DNA of 63,547 nt, the filler included, from Stramenopiles sp. TOSAG23-3 (taxonomy: Eukaryota): NCBI GenBank assembly GCA_900128585.1. It is 40 parts of 40 records of this genome, joined end to end, with 100 filler letters (N's around TTAATTAATTAA, not from the genome) between each part and the next. Parts side by side here need not be neighbours in the genome. Positions count along the whole stretch, not along the records: positions 11,219 to 12,718 come from LT645765.1; positions 12,819 to 14,317 come from LT645766.1; positions 14,418 to 15,916 come from LT645767.1; positions 16,017 to 17,514 come from LT645768.1; positions 17,615 to 19,112 come from LT645769.1; positions 19,213 to 20,709 come from LT645770.1; positions 20,810 to 22,304 come from LT645771.1; positions 22,405 to 23,899 come from LT645772.1; 32 more parts are not named here. One strand, written 5' to 3'. The notes below the pieces were generated by a model, which did no database searches, was not told the DNA's origin, and saw only the letters and a list, made by a program, of their open reading frames with translations. Position numbers and translations under genes: made by a program. Positions 11,219 to 22,737 of the stretch are shown here, one piece after another. How positions within the stretch are numbered: position 1 is the first letter of the stretch; every line of letters begins with the position of its first letter.

Positions 11219-12608
11219 TTTTATTCCAAGGATTATTAATCTTATCAATTTTATTATTAATCTCATATACACTATGAAAACCTTTGCCATCAACTGAATA
11301 ATAATATAATAATTTTTTTATAGAATGGATATCTAATTCTTTTGCACCATATGGATATCTTATCCCAACATTATTAAATACACCACTTTTAATTTTATTA
11401 AGCATTTTAATTATTGAACTTCTTTTATGCCAACAACACAATGCATCAGATTCTATACCAAAATTATCAATAATATAATTACCCACACTACCACTTCCTT
11501 CATCATGAGCTATTCTACTATTTTTAATATTATATATTGGCATTTTTACAGTTTTTAAACGTTGAAATAATTTTTTAGTTGCTAAAAATTCAAGATTGAC
11601 AGATACAATAAGCTTTTTTTGTTCACTTGCAGAAGCATTTGCATTAAATTGTTTAATAATATCATTTATGTCATCTTTAAAAATATTTTCATGATCTAAC
11701 ACACTATCATTTGCAGCATCTGTTAATACAACAGATGCTGCATTACTGCCTTTATTGTTACCATTTGCTATATGATTATGCCTACCATCACTACTTCCAC
11801 GTAAAATTTTTCCATTTTCATTTAATTTAAATGCTTGATCCACTGACTTGTTATAAATAAAATTTACTTTCTCATCTATATGTTTTAATAATTCATTTAC
11901 TTTATTGCATTCTAAAATTTCATCACACATAAAACCTTTGGATGCTATATTTCTAGTATCTTCACCTTTTTTTGGTGGTTCACCATATAATGATGCCAGG
12001 TATGATAATGCCTTTCCAGGTCTTACACCAGTCAGAATAGAAGATGCATATAGACGATTACTATTATTATTATCATTATTATTATTATTAGTAAATAAAG
12101 GTATTTTTAGAGGAACATCTAGATTAGCTTCTGCATTATTATACTTACATTCAGCACATTGTAGTATTGCATAAGCTTCCCCTACTTGTTTGTGCATAGA
12201 TAAATATGACAGACTTGGTCTCAAGTTGCTACCACAACTACACCTACCTAGGGTAGATATTAGATGGGTTAATGCTGTTTGAGAAACAACTATTAAATCA
12301 TCTTGATTTGATTTAATAACTTTTGATAATTCCAATTTCATATGTTTTTTTATTAAACCTGCATTATGAATCTCCTGTGCTGAATAGATGGAAGTTCTTT
12401 GTACTAAATCTTCATTTGCAATAGATGATCTTGATGGAGGAGATTCTTGTGGCACAGAAACAATATCACCAAATGATAAGTAATATTTAAGATGCTCATC
12501 TAGTCTTTCACCCACCCATAATCCCGCTGGTGATGAGGAATCTAAGTTTCTTTTAGATAATTTTCTATTCATTGTTGGAGTCCTATTATCAGTATTGTTA
12601 TTAGACAT
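11219..12608 (-). mobile_element. DDE transposase, Kolobok/Mutator-like (C/DxxH group), 3' partial
   Basis: CxC...CxxC, SSDGR (D1), SVNLEFLATKKLF, IAHDE (D2), CCWH; very AT-rich. Confidence 0.7.
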
Positions 12609-13031
12609 ATTAAAATATATATATGTAATAGATAAATGTATAAAAATATAAAAATATAAAATAAAAATTATTGTTTTTACGACCAGAAAAAAAAATCATA
12701 ATTTTACGTGAAATTTTTNNNNNNNNNNNNNNNNNNNNNNNNNNNNNNNNNNNNNNNNNNNNTTAATTAATTAANNNNNNNNNNNNNNNNNNNNNNNNNN
12801 NNNNNNNNNNNNNNNNNNTATAGAAGAAAGAAGAAGAACAAATAAATCATTTTGTTCATCTCAAAAGAAAGTATTAAATATATATAGAGAAGAAGAAAAG
12901 AGATTTAATCCTTTTAAAAGTTAGCAAAGAAAAGGAAGAAACCAATTTGATACTTAAATAGAGACGACTGTTTTGGGTAAAAGCAAGGAGAAAGCAATAT
13001 CAATTCGCTGTAGAACAAGTTCAGCATCATC

Positions 13032-14317
13032 ATGGGTGCAGGGGCGAGCCTAGAAAGCATCCAAGACTTGGACACCGAGCGCTTGGCGCAACTTGCTGTG
13101 GACAACAAGTGTCCCTCCATTGTGAAAAAGACCATTGAAGAAAATGAAATCGACGGTCCTACGACTCTAGAGCTAAACGATGAAATTGTCTCCACCCTGG
13201 TGAGTTCTCCCCTTCAGAAAGCGCAGCTGCTGGGCGCGTTCCACCGGCTATCCCCCAAGGCAAGCCCCGGCACCGTAGGGTCCCGTACGCGTGGCGGGAA
13301 CGGTGCACCGCCCATCGAGGACGACAGTGACGGGGTGGACGCACAGTTGGAGCTCCACGACGTCAGCCTCAACGACCTGTTTCAGCGACGGTACGCCATT
13401 ATTTGTGCCTGTGATAATTACAAGTATGCCGGCAGCGAGTTGCCCGCATTGCATTGTGCGGTGAACGATGCTCGATTGTACGAGAAAACGTTAACAGCCA
13501 TGGGAATGGAGGTCAAGCTCTTGCTCAACGAGGAGTGCAACAAAGGCAACATCATCAGCGTCCTGGACCAGGCTGTCAAACGGTTCGGTCAAAGCAAGGT
13601 CGCTGCACAGTTCATGTTCATCTACGCCGGGCACGGGGTTCCTGACAAAGCAGGGCGTGGGTGGATTGCACCGTATGGCTTTCAAGGCAGCGAACTTCAC
13701 GGGACCGGCTTGCGAATGGACAGGATCAAAGATTTTGCGGAAGAGGTCGGCGCCACGCAACAAATGTGGATCTTCGACTGTTGCCACGCTGGAAACGTCC
13801 TGGCTGGAAGGCATCGGGGCGCGAGCGCCCGTTTTGCGTTGAACAAGTGCAAACGACCGGCTGTTCAAGCGATGACGGCGGTGACAAAAGACCAGAAAGC
13901 GATCGAAAAGGAAGGGAACGGCGTCTTTTCCAAAGTATTCTGTGCGGGTCTGACCGCGTTCGAGGAACGAAAATTTGTCACGTTCAACAAGCTGACGGAC
14001 TACATCGACGAGCGCGTGGACATGAACTCCGACGGTAAGATGGCACCACAGTTCGGGAAAATGCTGTTGGACCACTACGGGAAGCTGTGCGAAGGGCAGT
14101 TTGTCTTTTTCAACGCCAACGACCCGCCGATTGCGAAGATGTCAACGCCGGCAGCGGCGACGGGGGGCACGCGCGGTGGGGCGGGCACGGCGGCGGCGGA
14201 CGAGAAAGCGAAGCGAGAGGCGGGCGAGAAAGCGAAGCGGGAGGCGGGCGAGAAAGCGAAGCGGGAGGCGGGCGAGAAAGCGAAGCGGGAGGCAGTGCGT
14301 GCCGTGAAAAAGAGGAT
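13032..14317 (+). CDS. N-myristoylated SAM-like + bacterial-type caspase (peptidase C14) protein, 3' partial
   Basis: MGAGAS; IEENEIDGPTTLEL SAM-like segment; YAIICACDNY, AVNDA, FIYAGHG, IFDCCHAG, PQFG...EGQFVF. Confidence 0.9.
14202..14293 (+). repeat. 24-bp coding tandem repeat (EKAKREAG, about 4 copies)
   Basis: Visible in DNA and protein. Confidence 0.95.
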
Positions 14318-14874
14318 NNNNNNNNNNNNNNNNNNNNNNNNNNNNNNNNNNNNNNNNNNNNTTAATTAATTAANNNNNNNNNNNNNNNNNNNNNNNNNNN
14401 NNNNNNNNNNNNNNNNNGGAGAGAGAGTTCGTAGAGTAACTTAAGTACATTACACCTAACTTGTATCAAGTAAAAACACCACCTTACATTTCTTTATTAT
14501 ATTATAAAATATTATTTCTATTTCTTTCTTCTTCAATTCAACATTTTTTATTCAGAGATGATGTTATGATCGCTGCTGATTTATATTATATATCGAAATG
14601 ATGATGCGCCTTTATTATTATTATTGGGTTTCTTTTTGTGCAGCAATATATTTGTGTCTGTGCTATCTTCGTATTACATTTAATAATAGTTCATATTGTC
14701 ATAACTCTAAACCCTTACTTAGCTTTAGAATCGAAGAACAGAAATCATCGTCTGTCCAATCAGTCACGTCTGCATACGAATAATTCTCCAGTGTGGCTGG
14801 CATTCTTTAATTTTGACGCACTAAGATATTCGGCGCCCCACATCATCGCACACTTTGACCATCTTCTGAACGCC

Positions 14875-15630
14875 ATGCAAAAGTTCGTCGGCGCCGCCCT
14901 CCTCGTCCTACTCACAGTCGTAGACGCTGCGAACGAGGTTTCGATGTGCCCCAAGTTTATCGACCAGCGCTTTTGCGAATCCGCCGCCACCAAAGATGGC
15001 TTAGCATACTTCGAGTGGCAACGCTCACCACCGCAAAATGAGCCGTGGCACGTGTGCACGTACCCTGGTGACGACTATGGCTGCGCTAACATCCCCAAAG
15101 ACGTGCCGCCGAAGAAGATAGACAGAGGCGACAACGTGTGCGGCCGGTGCAACTTCAATGGTTACAGCTCCTCATTCTGCCACAATAACACGGTAGACAA
15201 CTCTCTTGCGATCGTCGTCGTCGAGTACAAGGTTCAAGGTTGCCAGAAAGAAGCCGTCGAGAAGCGCGACGGCGAGCACTCGCCGCCACGCTACTACAAC
15301 CTCTCCACCGAGGTGGCGCCGGCGTGCGTTTCGACTGCACAGAGTAAAATTTGCGATGGGCAATCTGCAAGCGGCGTCCCGTTCAACTGTAGAGGCGATG
15401 AAAAGTTCGATGACGGCAAGTGCGAGGGCGGTCGCTGCTGCTCTCCGCAAGAGCCACCAAAGACGTGCGAAACACTCAGTGGTGACACGCACGGAGCAAG
15501 CTGCCCGGACGCCGGCAGCCACACGCAGTGCGAAGACAAGATGCTGTGCGGCTGGTTCCAAGACGAGAAGGTGAACCCCGTCGAATCGTACTGGAAGCTC
15601 GAGCCGTCGGGCTCTGCCCTAGGACGATAA
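14875..15630 (+). CDS. Secreted cysteine-rich protein
   Basis: gccATG with signal peptide MQKFVGAALLVLLTVVDA; many Cys; GC-rich relative to flanks. Confidence 0.75.
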   Translation: MQKFVGAALLVLLTVVDAANEVSMCPKFIDQRFCESAATKDGLAYFEWQRSPPQNEPWHVCTYPGDDYGCANIPKDVPPKKIDRGDNVCGRCNFNGYSSSFCHNNTVDNSLAIVVVEYKVQGCQKEAVEKRDGEHSPPRYYNLSTEVAPACVSTAQSKICDGQSASGVPFNCRGDEKFDDGKCEGGRCCSPQEPPKTCETLSGDTHGASCPDAGSHTQCEDKMLCGWFQDEKVNPVESYWKLEPSGSALGR

Positions 15631-17614
15631 GCGGCATTATTTAAAAAAACAAATTATATAGTATGTTTTAATAACTCTCAAAAAATATCAATCGCAATTT
15701 CATCTCCAACCCTAATCTTATCTTGTTTGATATTTTAATAATTATTATTTATAATAAAATATTATAAACATCATCATGTGTTGTTCATCATCATTAGAAT
15801 AATAAAAAGATATTAAAAAGATATTTCAATTCCTCAATTCCTCAACTAAATCTCCTTGACAGAAGAATCAAAAAAAAGAATCAAAAAGTTGAAGAAAAAA
15901 AAGATTGGGAAGATCANNNNNNNNNNNNNNNNNNNNNNNNNNNNNNNNNNNNNNNNNNNNTTAATTAATTAANNNNNNNNNNNNNNNNNNNNNNNNNNNN
16001 NNNNNNNNNNNNNNNNCGGCATCGGCAGAAGACGCGCAAAGGGCTGCTGCAATCGCAAGCGTGTACCCAACTGTTCGTTTCATTCTTTTTCGGTGTTTTT
16101 TCCCCCTCTTTTCCGTTGTTATAAAATTGCACGTTGGTATATTTACTTTAATAGTTTTTTATATCAGTTATTCAATTTTTATTCAATTTCTAAGTCATTG
16201 CATTTTTTAAAAGGTTGACTTGACTCCTGTGGGAACAGGACCGACTCCAGGGTTGAACAAAACAAGGCATTATTCCTACTACCAATGGTGGTATGTGTTG
16301 TTGTTCCCTAGGGCTTCTTCTTTTTTTAAAATCATTTTTTAGAAAAAAATAATGATGAAATATTTATTATTATACCCCGTATATAATATAGACACACCAC
16401 CTTTGAGCCTTTTGTTTACTTCAACATTTTTGTTTTGTTTTTGTAGTTACAGTACTCGTAGATACTATAGACTAGACTATAATGTACAATATTCCAGTAC
16501 AACAACACACACAATATCACATTAAACTTCGTTTGTTCAGATTTTTATCAGTATCCATCTTGACTGCTGGATGCTGTGTGGTTGATGAAGTCTTTTTGTT
16601 GTTGTTGGTACACTAGTCTATTATTTATCCAAGTTGGATTGTAAACTATTTTATAGACTACACATACACACATACACACATATCCTATATATATTTACTA
16701 TAAAATAATATATTCTAGACAAATTAATTAAGTCCTTTTTCTTATTTTGGATCTGTGCTCCGTTGTTCTCCTATGTACGGTACCAACTGAGGAAAAGGAA
16801 GGGGGCGGGGATAAATAATGAAAACTTCTCTTCTGATGTTTTTATTTTTAAAATGCTAATAAATAAATAAAACAACTGCTTGAACGATTACACTATAATA
16901 CGTACATATGGTATGGTGAACTCCTCGTATTATTTATTACATAGGACTAGTCTGTTATAAGTAATACCGAGTAGAATATTATACTACCGGTATTTTTAAT
17001 AAAAACTCAGGTCGTCTGTATTAATAATAGTCTAATTAATTACACATACAAGGGCATTGTATGTATTAAAACACCTCACCTCTGCAACTAAAAGTGTAGC
17101 AGCTGTTCTGTTGGATTGTTTTTTCCTTTTCCCCTTTTTTGTTTGTTTCTTTTAGATTACATTAGTAGTCGTTCTAGCAAACAGAGTATTTAATACAATA
17201 AAAGGTACGTAATACCAAGAGAGACCACTCCCAGTAGTACGATATTGTAATACAGATGATCGATCATTGACTATTTAATACTTGACCGACTGTACATTAC
17301 AACGTAGACGACATGTGGTACAGTAATTAAAATAATAATTAATTAGCTAGAAAACGACAAAATAAAGAAAGAAGGATCTCCCCAGAAGAAGGAGGACTCA
17401 GGAATCCTCTTCATCCGATCGTTATCCTATTATCCTCCTCTTTCTCCCACCTTGTTGTCGTCGACGGTGGCCTTTTCATCACTGCAAGTTGCTGGTTCCA
17501 GTGCTCCCTCCCCTNNNNNNNNNNNNNNNNNNNNNNNNNNNNNNNNNNNNNNNNNNNNTTAATTAATTAANNNNNNNNNNNNNNNNNNNNNNNNNNNNNN
17601 NNNNNNNNNNNNNN

Positions 17615-18428
17615 AGCAGCTCGACACAACATGAATGTAACGTGGCATGTTTGTAACGTACCTGAGTGTGGTCACAGATGTAAGACTTCTTCAAACTTAA
17701 AAGAGCACCAAGCAGCTCGACACAACATGAATGTAACGTGGCATGTTTGTAACGTACCTGAGTGTGATCACAGAAGTAAGACTTCTTCAGGCTTAAAAAA
17801 GCACGAAGGAAGAAAGCATGACGTTGGCGACAATCCGTGTTCAACGTGTTCCGATTTAGTCTACCACTTGTTTCGATACAACGGTTGCAATATATGCAGA
17901 CAGTGCGCAGAACAATATGGATTGAAAAAGCAACGCATTGAGCTAAAATACTTAGAGGAATTGAAAAAAAAGTTCCGTTTTCCGTTTACACACAACCGAC
18001 AAGTCAAAGGCGACGAGTGTACGAAATGGCGCCCAGACGCAATGTTCTTGGATGTTAACCACAGAGTTCACATTCAACTCGAAATAGACGAATACCAGCA
18101 CCGCTTACACAATGGCAGTTACAGCTGTGAAGAAAAACGCATTTCCAAACTGTATGATGAGTTCAAACATAATGTGCCAGAGCATTACGTAGTAATTCGT
18201 TTCAATCCGGATGCACAGTATTCAGGTCAGACTGTGGATCGTGATGACGTATTTCGTACCAGAATTGATGCCTTGGTTAAAACATTGAACCAGGTTCGTA
18301 CGAACCCACCACCGGAGTTACTATCCGTCATATACATGTACTATGACAAGTGGAACCATCACATTGTTAAACAGTTTCCTAAATACTTTGTGGATGACGA
18401 CAATGAATTGACATGTGCTAAAATTTGA
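17615..18428 (+). CDS. C2H2 zinc-finger array + PD-(D/E)XK endonuclease (giant-virus type), 5' partial
   Basis: CxxxxC..HxxxxH fingers on a 96-bp repeat; RPD...LEIDEYQH..YSCE..R...IRFNPD. Confidence 0.85.
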
Positions 18429-18593
18429 TTGGAACGTCTCAATTTCCGACAATGCAACTGGGGAGTCAATTGTCACAAGTCTAGGAAGAAGTGGACGCTT
18501 ACCTATTACACAAATATCTTAACGCGCACTATACAATTTTATTAAAAAAGCGTATACTACATATATTATTATTTTTTTGCAACAATATCTTAA

Positions 18594-19112
18594 TTACGAC
18601 GCTATGGTATTCGTAATATTTTTCCTGCTCCTCTTCGCTGCCGTAGTCATCACCGCTTCGACAGTCCCGATTCTCTGCCGAGGCTTGGGTTTATTGTCCC
18701 TCTTCTCCCCCACGATTTGTCTTTCACGGGATGGAACGAACACGTTTGGTCCCGCCTCCTCGTCTTCGTCGGAGGAGAACGCGATCGTAACACCCGGACT
18801 GCTGCCATTCATTATACTCTTGCCACGACTCGCCCCACTTGCACGAATTTCTCTTTGGATCCACCCTCCTTCGCGGTGGTCGGTCGTACTTCCTGCCAGT
18901 CTTTGGCTCGCGTCTCGCTGGAAAGACTCCTGCGATTGAACGACCAATGGCCCCCCATATCTCCGTGCTCGTTTCAAAGGCGCTGGGACGGCAGTGGTCC
19001 TAAAGTTACTATTGTTGTGGCTTGGCTCGGCCCGTTGTCTCAGTGCGGGTCGTCCCTCAGCGTGCCCGTGCGCACTCCCTGAAGGGCGCCTCCGTCTACC
19101 CCCGTCTACCTC
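18594..19112 (-). CDS. Hypothetical low-complexity protein, C-terminal part
   Basis: GC-rich ORF ending before an AT-rich spacer. Confidence 0.45.
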   Translation of the reverse strand, partial: EVDGGRRRRPSGSAHGHAEGRPALRQRAEPSHNNSNFRTTAVPAPLKRARRYGGPLVVQSQESFQRDASQRLAGSTTDHREGGWIQREIRASGASRGKSIMNGSSPGVTIAFSSDEDEEAGPNVFVPSRERQIVGEKRDNKPKPRQRIGTVEAVMTTAAKRSRKNITNTIAS

Positions 19113-19992
19113 NNNNNNNNNNNNNNNNNNNNNNNNNNNNNNNNNNNNNNNNNNNNTTAATTAATTAANNNNNNNNNNNNNNNNNNNNNNNNNNNNNNNN
19201 NNNNNNNNNNNNAATAACCACTCTCGGCCTTTCTTTTACCTTCCTGTGAAAACAATAGTCGGGCGCTTTCCTTTTGTTCGACTGAGAAATTGCAGTTCCT
19301 ATACTTGCATGTATTTCTTGTACAGAGCTCTAAAACAACAAGATGATTGTTTAATTATTATTAATATGATATAAAATAATAATTATTCTTGTGAGAAGTT
19401 GGAACGAACGGGGGACGGGGGAAGAAGAAAAAGAGGGAAGAAAAAAAAATATTCAAGGTTGTTTTTTTAATTATTAATAAATACAATAACACAGCAACAC
19501 AGCACACAGTTTCAGCACAGACAATAGAGTATGATATTTTATATCGCGCTTCTATCGTGAAAATAAGGAATCCTCCTTCCTCCCTCAACATTGTACACTG
19601 TATGCTCTGATCATACTGTACGGAGGATGATTTTATAGTTAGTAGTATATAAATTAATTTTAATATAAATAATATAGTCATTGTAAACATACTCGTACTG
19701 TCTTCTTCTATATAATAAATAGACTGACTAATTAATTTCGCGAAGAAGAAGAAGGAAAGAAGAAGAAAAAAAGAAGAATTTGGTGGAACTTGGTGTTTGT
19801 TGTGTTGTGTTGCTGTTCTTGTGGGCGGGTTCCGTTGTCTGTTTGGTAAAGCTTAATAATATAATCGAATAATCCTGCCTTGCAGTATCCTCAATGTAGT
19901 TTGTATGGTGTTGATTTTTAATAGAAAAAGAAATGAATAAATACGGATGGGTTTAGACATCTTCTAGTAAGGAACTTGGTGCTATAGATGTA

Positions 19993-20544
19993 ATGGAGAA
20001 AAAGCGAAAGAGATCCGGGGCGACAGAAATTGCACTCACGCTCTTCTCCTTTGCGTATAAGAATGGAATTCCTGAGGGCTGTCTTTACTACGCCGACCTG
20101 AGAGCGCTTGAGAACCCTGCATGGAAAATACGGGACTATAAAACAAAAACAGGTGTAGATGGGGATGTAAAAGCGTTTGTGTTTAAAAGTGCTAGGGCAC
20201 AAAAAAAATATGCAGATATCTTGGGGTCATTAAAACGTCTGCAAGAAGTTGCGAACGGTGCGTTGAAAGTAGGCATTGGCTGCAAATCTGGGCAGCACCG
20301 TAGTGTGGCATTCGTGGAAAAGCTATCGGCAGAGGCCAGTTTGAACGTCACCAATGTCCTTCATTTGGAACAAAGTAAAGTAGAGGGTATAGCGCGCCTT
20401 CCAACTTTTCGTTGCGCGTGCTGTGGTATCAAGCCGAAGGGGTGCAACGAGATGAACATCCACCTGTTGGGTAAGAAGCATTCTAAGAAGCAAGCGAAGC
20501 TTCGCAAACGTCGGGGACGCTTGAATCCCGGGGAAACGTCGTGA
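19993..20544 (+). CDS. RapZ C-terminal-like domain + U1/matrin-type zinc finger
   Basis: SFAYKNGIP, DLRALENP, TGVDGDV, IGCKSGQHRSVAFVE; CACC...HLLGKKH. Confidence 0.85.
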   Translation: MEKKRKRSGATEIALTLFSFAYKNGIPEGCLYYADLRALENPAWKIRDYKTKTGVDGDVKAFVFKSARAQKKYADILGSLKRLQEVANGALKVGIGCKSGQHRSVAFVEKLSAEASLNVTNVLHLEQSKVEGIARLPTFRCACCGIKPKGCNEMNIHLLGKKHSKKQAKLRKRRGRLNPGETS

Positions 20545-20810
20545 AGTGTGTAATGCAAATTAATAGAGTTCTCTGTGTAAATAATGCAAATGATTTGTTC
20601 TATAAAAAGTGATTATTTGTACATGTTAACTTATTGCTTGCCTTTCTTTTTTGGGAGAAGAACAGCGTGGATGTTTGGGAGAACACCACCGGCAGCGATG
20701 GTAACACCANNNNNNNNNNNNNNNNNNNNNNNNNNNNNNNNNNNNNNNNNNNNTTAATTAATTAANNNNNNNNNNNNNNNNNNNNNNNNNNNNNNNNNNN
20801 NNNNNNNNNT

Positions 20811-22304
20811 TTAAACGTCGCAGGCAGTGTTTCGCTGGGCAGCGCGAGTACCGATACCATAACGATAAAGTCCCGTGTAGTTCACAACGATGGAACACAG
20901 CTTATCTCAAAGTCAAGGACGGAAATGATGGCATTTTTAGAAATAACCGCCGCGCTGGACGCGCTGGAAAATAAAACGATCGACAATTCCCCTATTGGAT
21001 TGGACCGCCCATCTACAGGATCGTTTACTGAGGTACAAATTGGCGGAGCGGTTGCAGTCAAAACAATTATTTTGAATGGCTCGCAAATACTTTCTTCTGC
21101 TGAAGAAATGAACAAACTCGCTCAACACCCAGTGTCAAGGCACGATTTGACAAAGTTGCATGAATTAAACGTCTCCGCGGATGAACTCAATTCTATTGCT
21201 GGCATAACCAGTGACGGGTCGAGCCTGATCCGGGAAAACCTGCCAGCCATGAAATCTCGTTTGAACATAACTAGTGCGGGGATTGGGCAGTTGGAAATAA
21301 CCAAAGTCGGGACAATAAGTTATGGGATATGGAACGGCACGAGCATTTCTACCAACAAAATAGAAAGTGCAGGTTTACGAAATATTGCTGTCCTGAATTG
21401 CTCGGAAGACAAAGTTTTAAAGCGGTCGGGTGGGGCGTGGGCATGCCGTGATGACGTTGACACAAAGCGAAGCGATGTTGACGTAAAAACGCTGATCTCA
21501 AAACCCTACATAGACTCGTTGCATATTGAAAGGGTGGGAACAGTAACAACAGGGGTATGGAATGGCCAAGCGGTAAGTGATGCTTATTTGGACAACAATT
21601 TAACCATCGAAAATGGCCGGATATCGAGAACCAACATCGTAGTCGAAAACGGGCATAACATCACAATTGGCAGCGGTGGTACGTTGGATCTTCAAAACGG
21701 GACGTTGCTATTACGCGATGCGCAAATTAAAACTTCAAAAATTTATGGCGATTTGCGAAGCAGCAACGCGGTTATTAGCAACGCGATTGTTAGCACCGCT
21801 ACCATTTCTGGGGGGTCTATTGATGGCACAGAAATCGGGGCTATTACTCCCAGTACAGGAACATTTACTGATCTTGAAGTATCTGGTGGCGTAACAATAT
21901 CGAACCATAACGGTAAAGACCATGGTTTGAAGCTCGGTACCGTTTTGGTAACCGCGACTGCTAAGGAGTTGAATACAGTATCCAATATCACTGAAGACGG
22001 GCACACGTTGATTGGACAACCATCCATGTCGGATATGAAGACGTATTTAGAAATTACTCCGGATGGAATAAACACTCTTGCCATTACCAAGGTAGGAAAT
22101 ATATCTGATGGGACTTGGAATGGAGACTCGATTACGAATGCCAAGGTCAACGATGATTTAACGATCAACGGGGGGTCTATTACCAACACCGACATTGAGA
22201 TCGGTGTTGGGAGGACGTTGAATGTGACTGGTGGTACACTTCTTATGCGCGATGGTCAAATATCAGCTGCTAAAGTGTATGGAAATATAACAAGCAACAA
22301 AGCC
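20811..22304 (+). CDS. Phage/giant-virus tail-fibre-like repeat protein, open at both ends
   Basis: Repeated VGT(I/V)xxGxWNG (x3), IGxxxPSTGxFT (x2), TATAKELN and L(L/M)RDxQI modules. Confidence 0.7.
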
Positions 22305-22737
22305 NNNNNNNNNNNNNNNNNNNNNNNNNNNNNNNNNNNNNNNNNNNNTTAATTAATTAANNNNNNNNNNNNNNNNNNNNNNNNNNNNNNNNNNNNNNNN
22401 NNNNAAGAAGAAGAAGAAGAAGAAGAAGAAGAAGAAGAAGAAGAAGAAGAAGAAGAAGAAGAAGAAGAAAAAAGAAGAAGAAGCAGAAGAAGAAGAAGAA
22501 GAAAAAATATAATAATTAAATATTATATTATTATACCTGGTGGTATTACTTGGTATTTTATTAATAATAATCATCATCATCATAAAAAACATTTTTAAAA
22601 AACTCTCTTTCCCGCTTTCCTTTCATTCTGCTTTTCTTTCGGAGTATATAATTAGATTGGACCCTCAATTCTACGAATTCAGATCTTAATTTTCGATTCT
22701 CGGACATCAAAGGATTAACAAGTGAGTCATCCAACAA

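Noticed and set aside
16017-17514. Possible RNA gene in an ORF-free contig
   Set aside because: Low-complexity intergenic sequence; no tRNA, rRNA or snRNA hallmarks recognised
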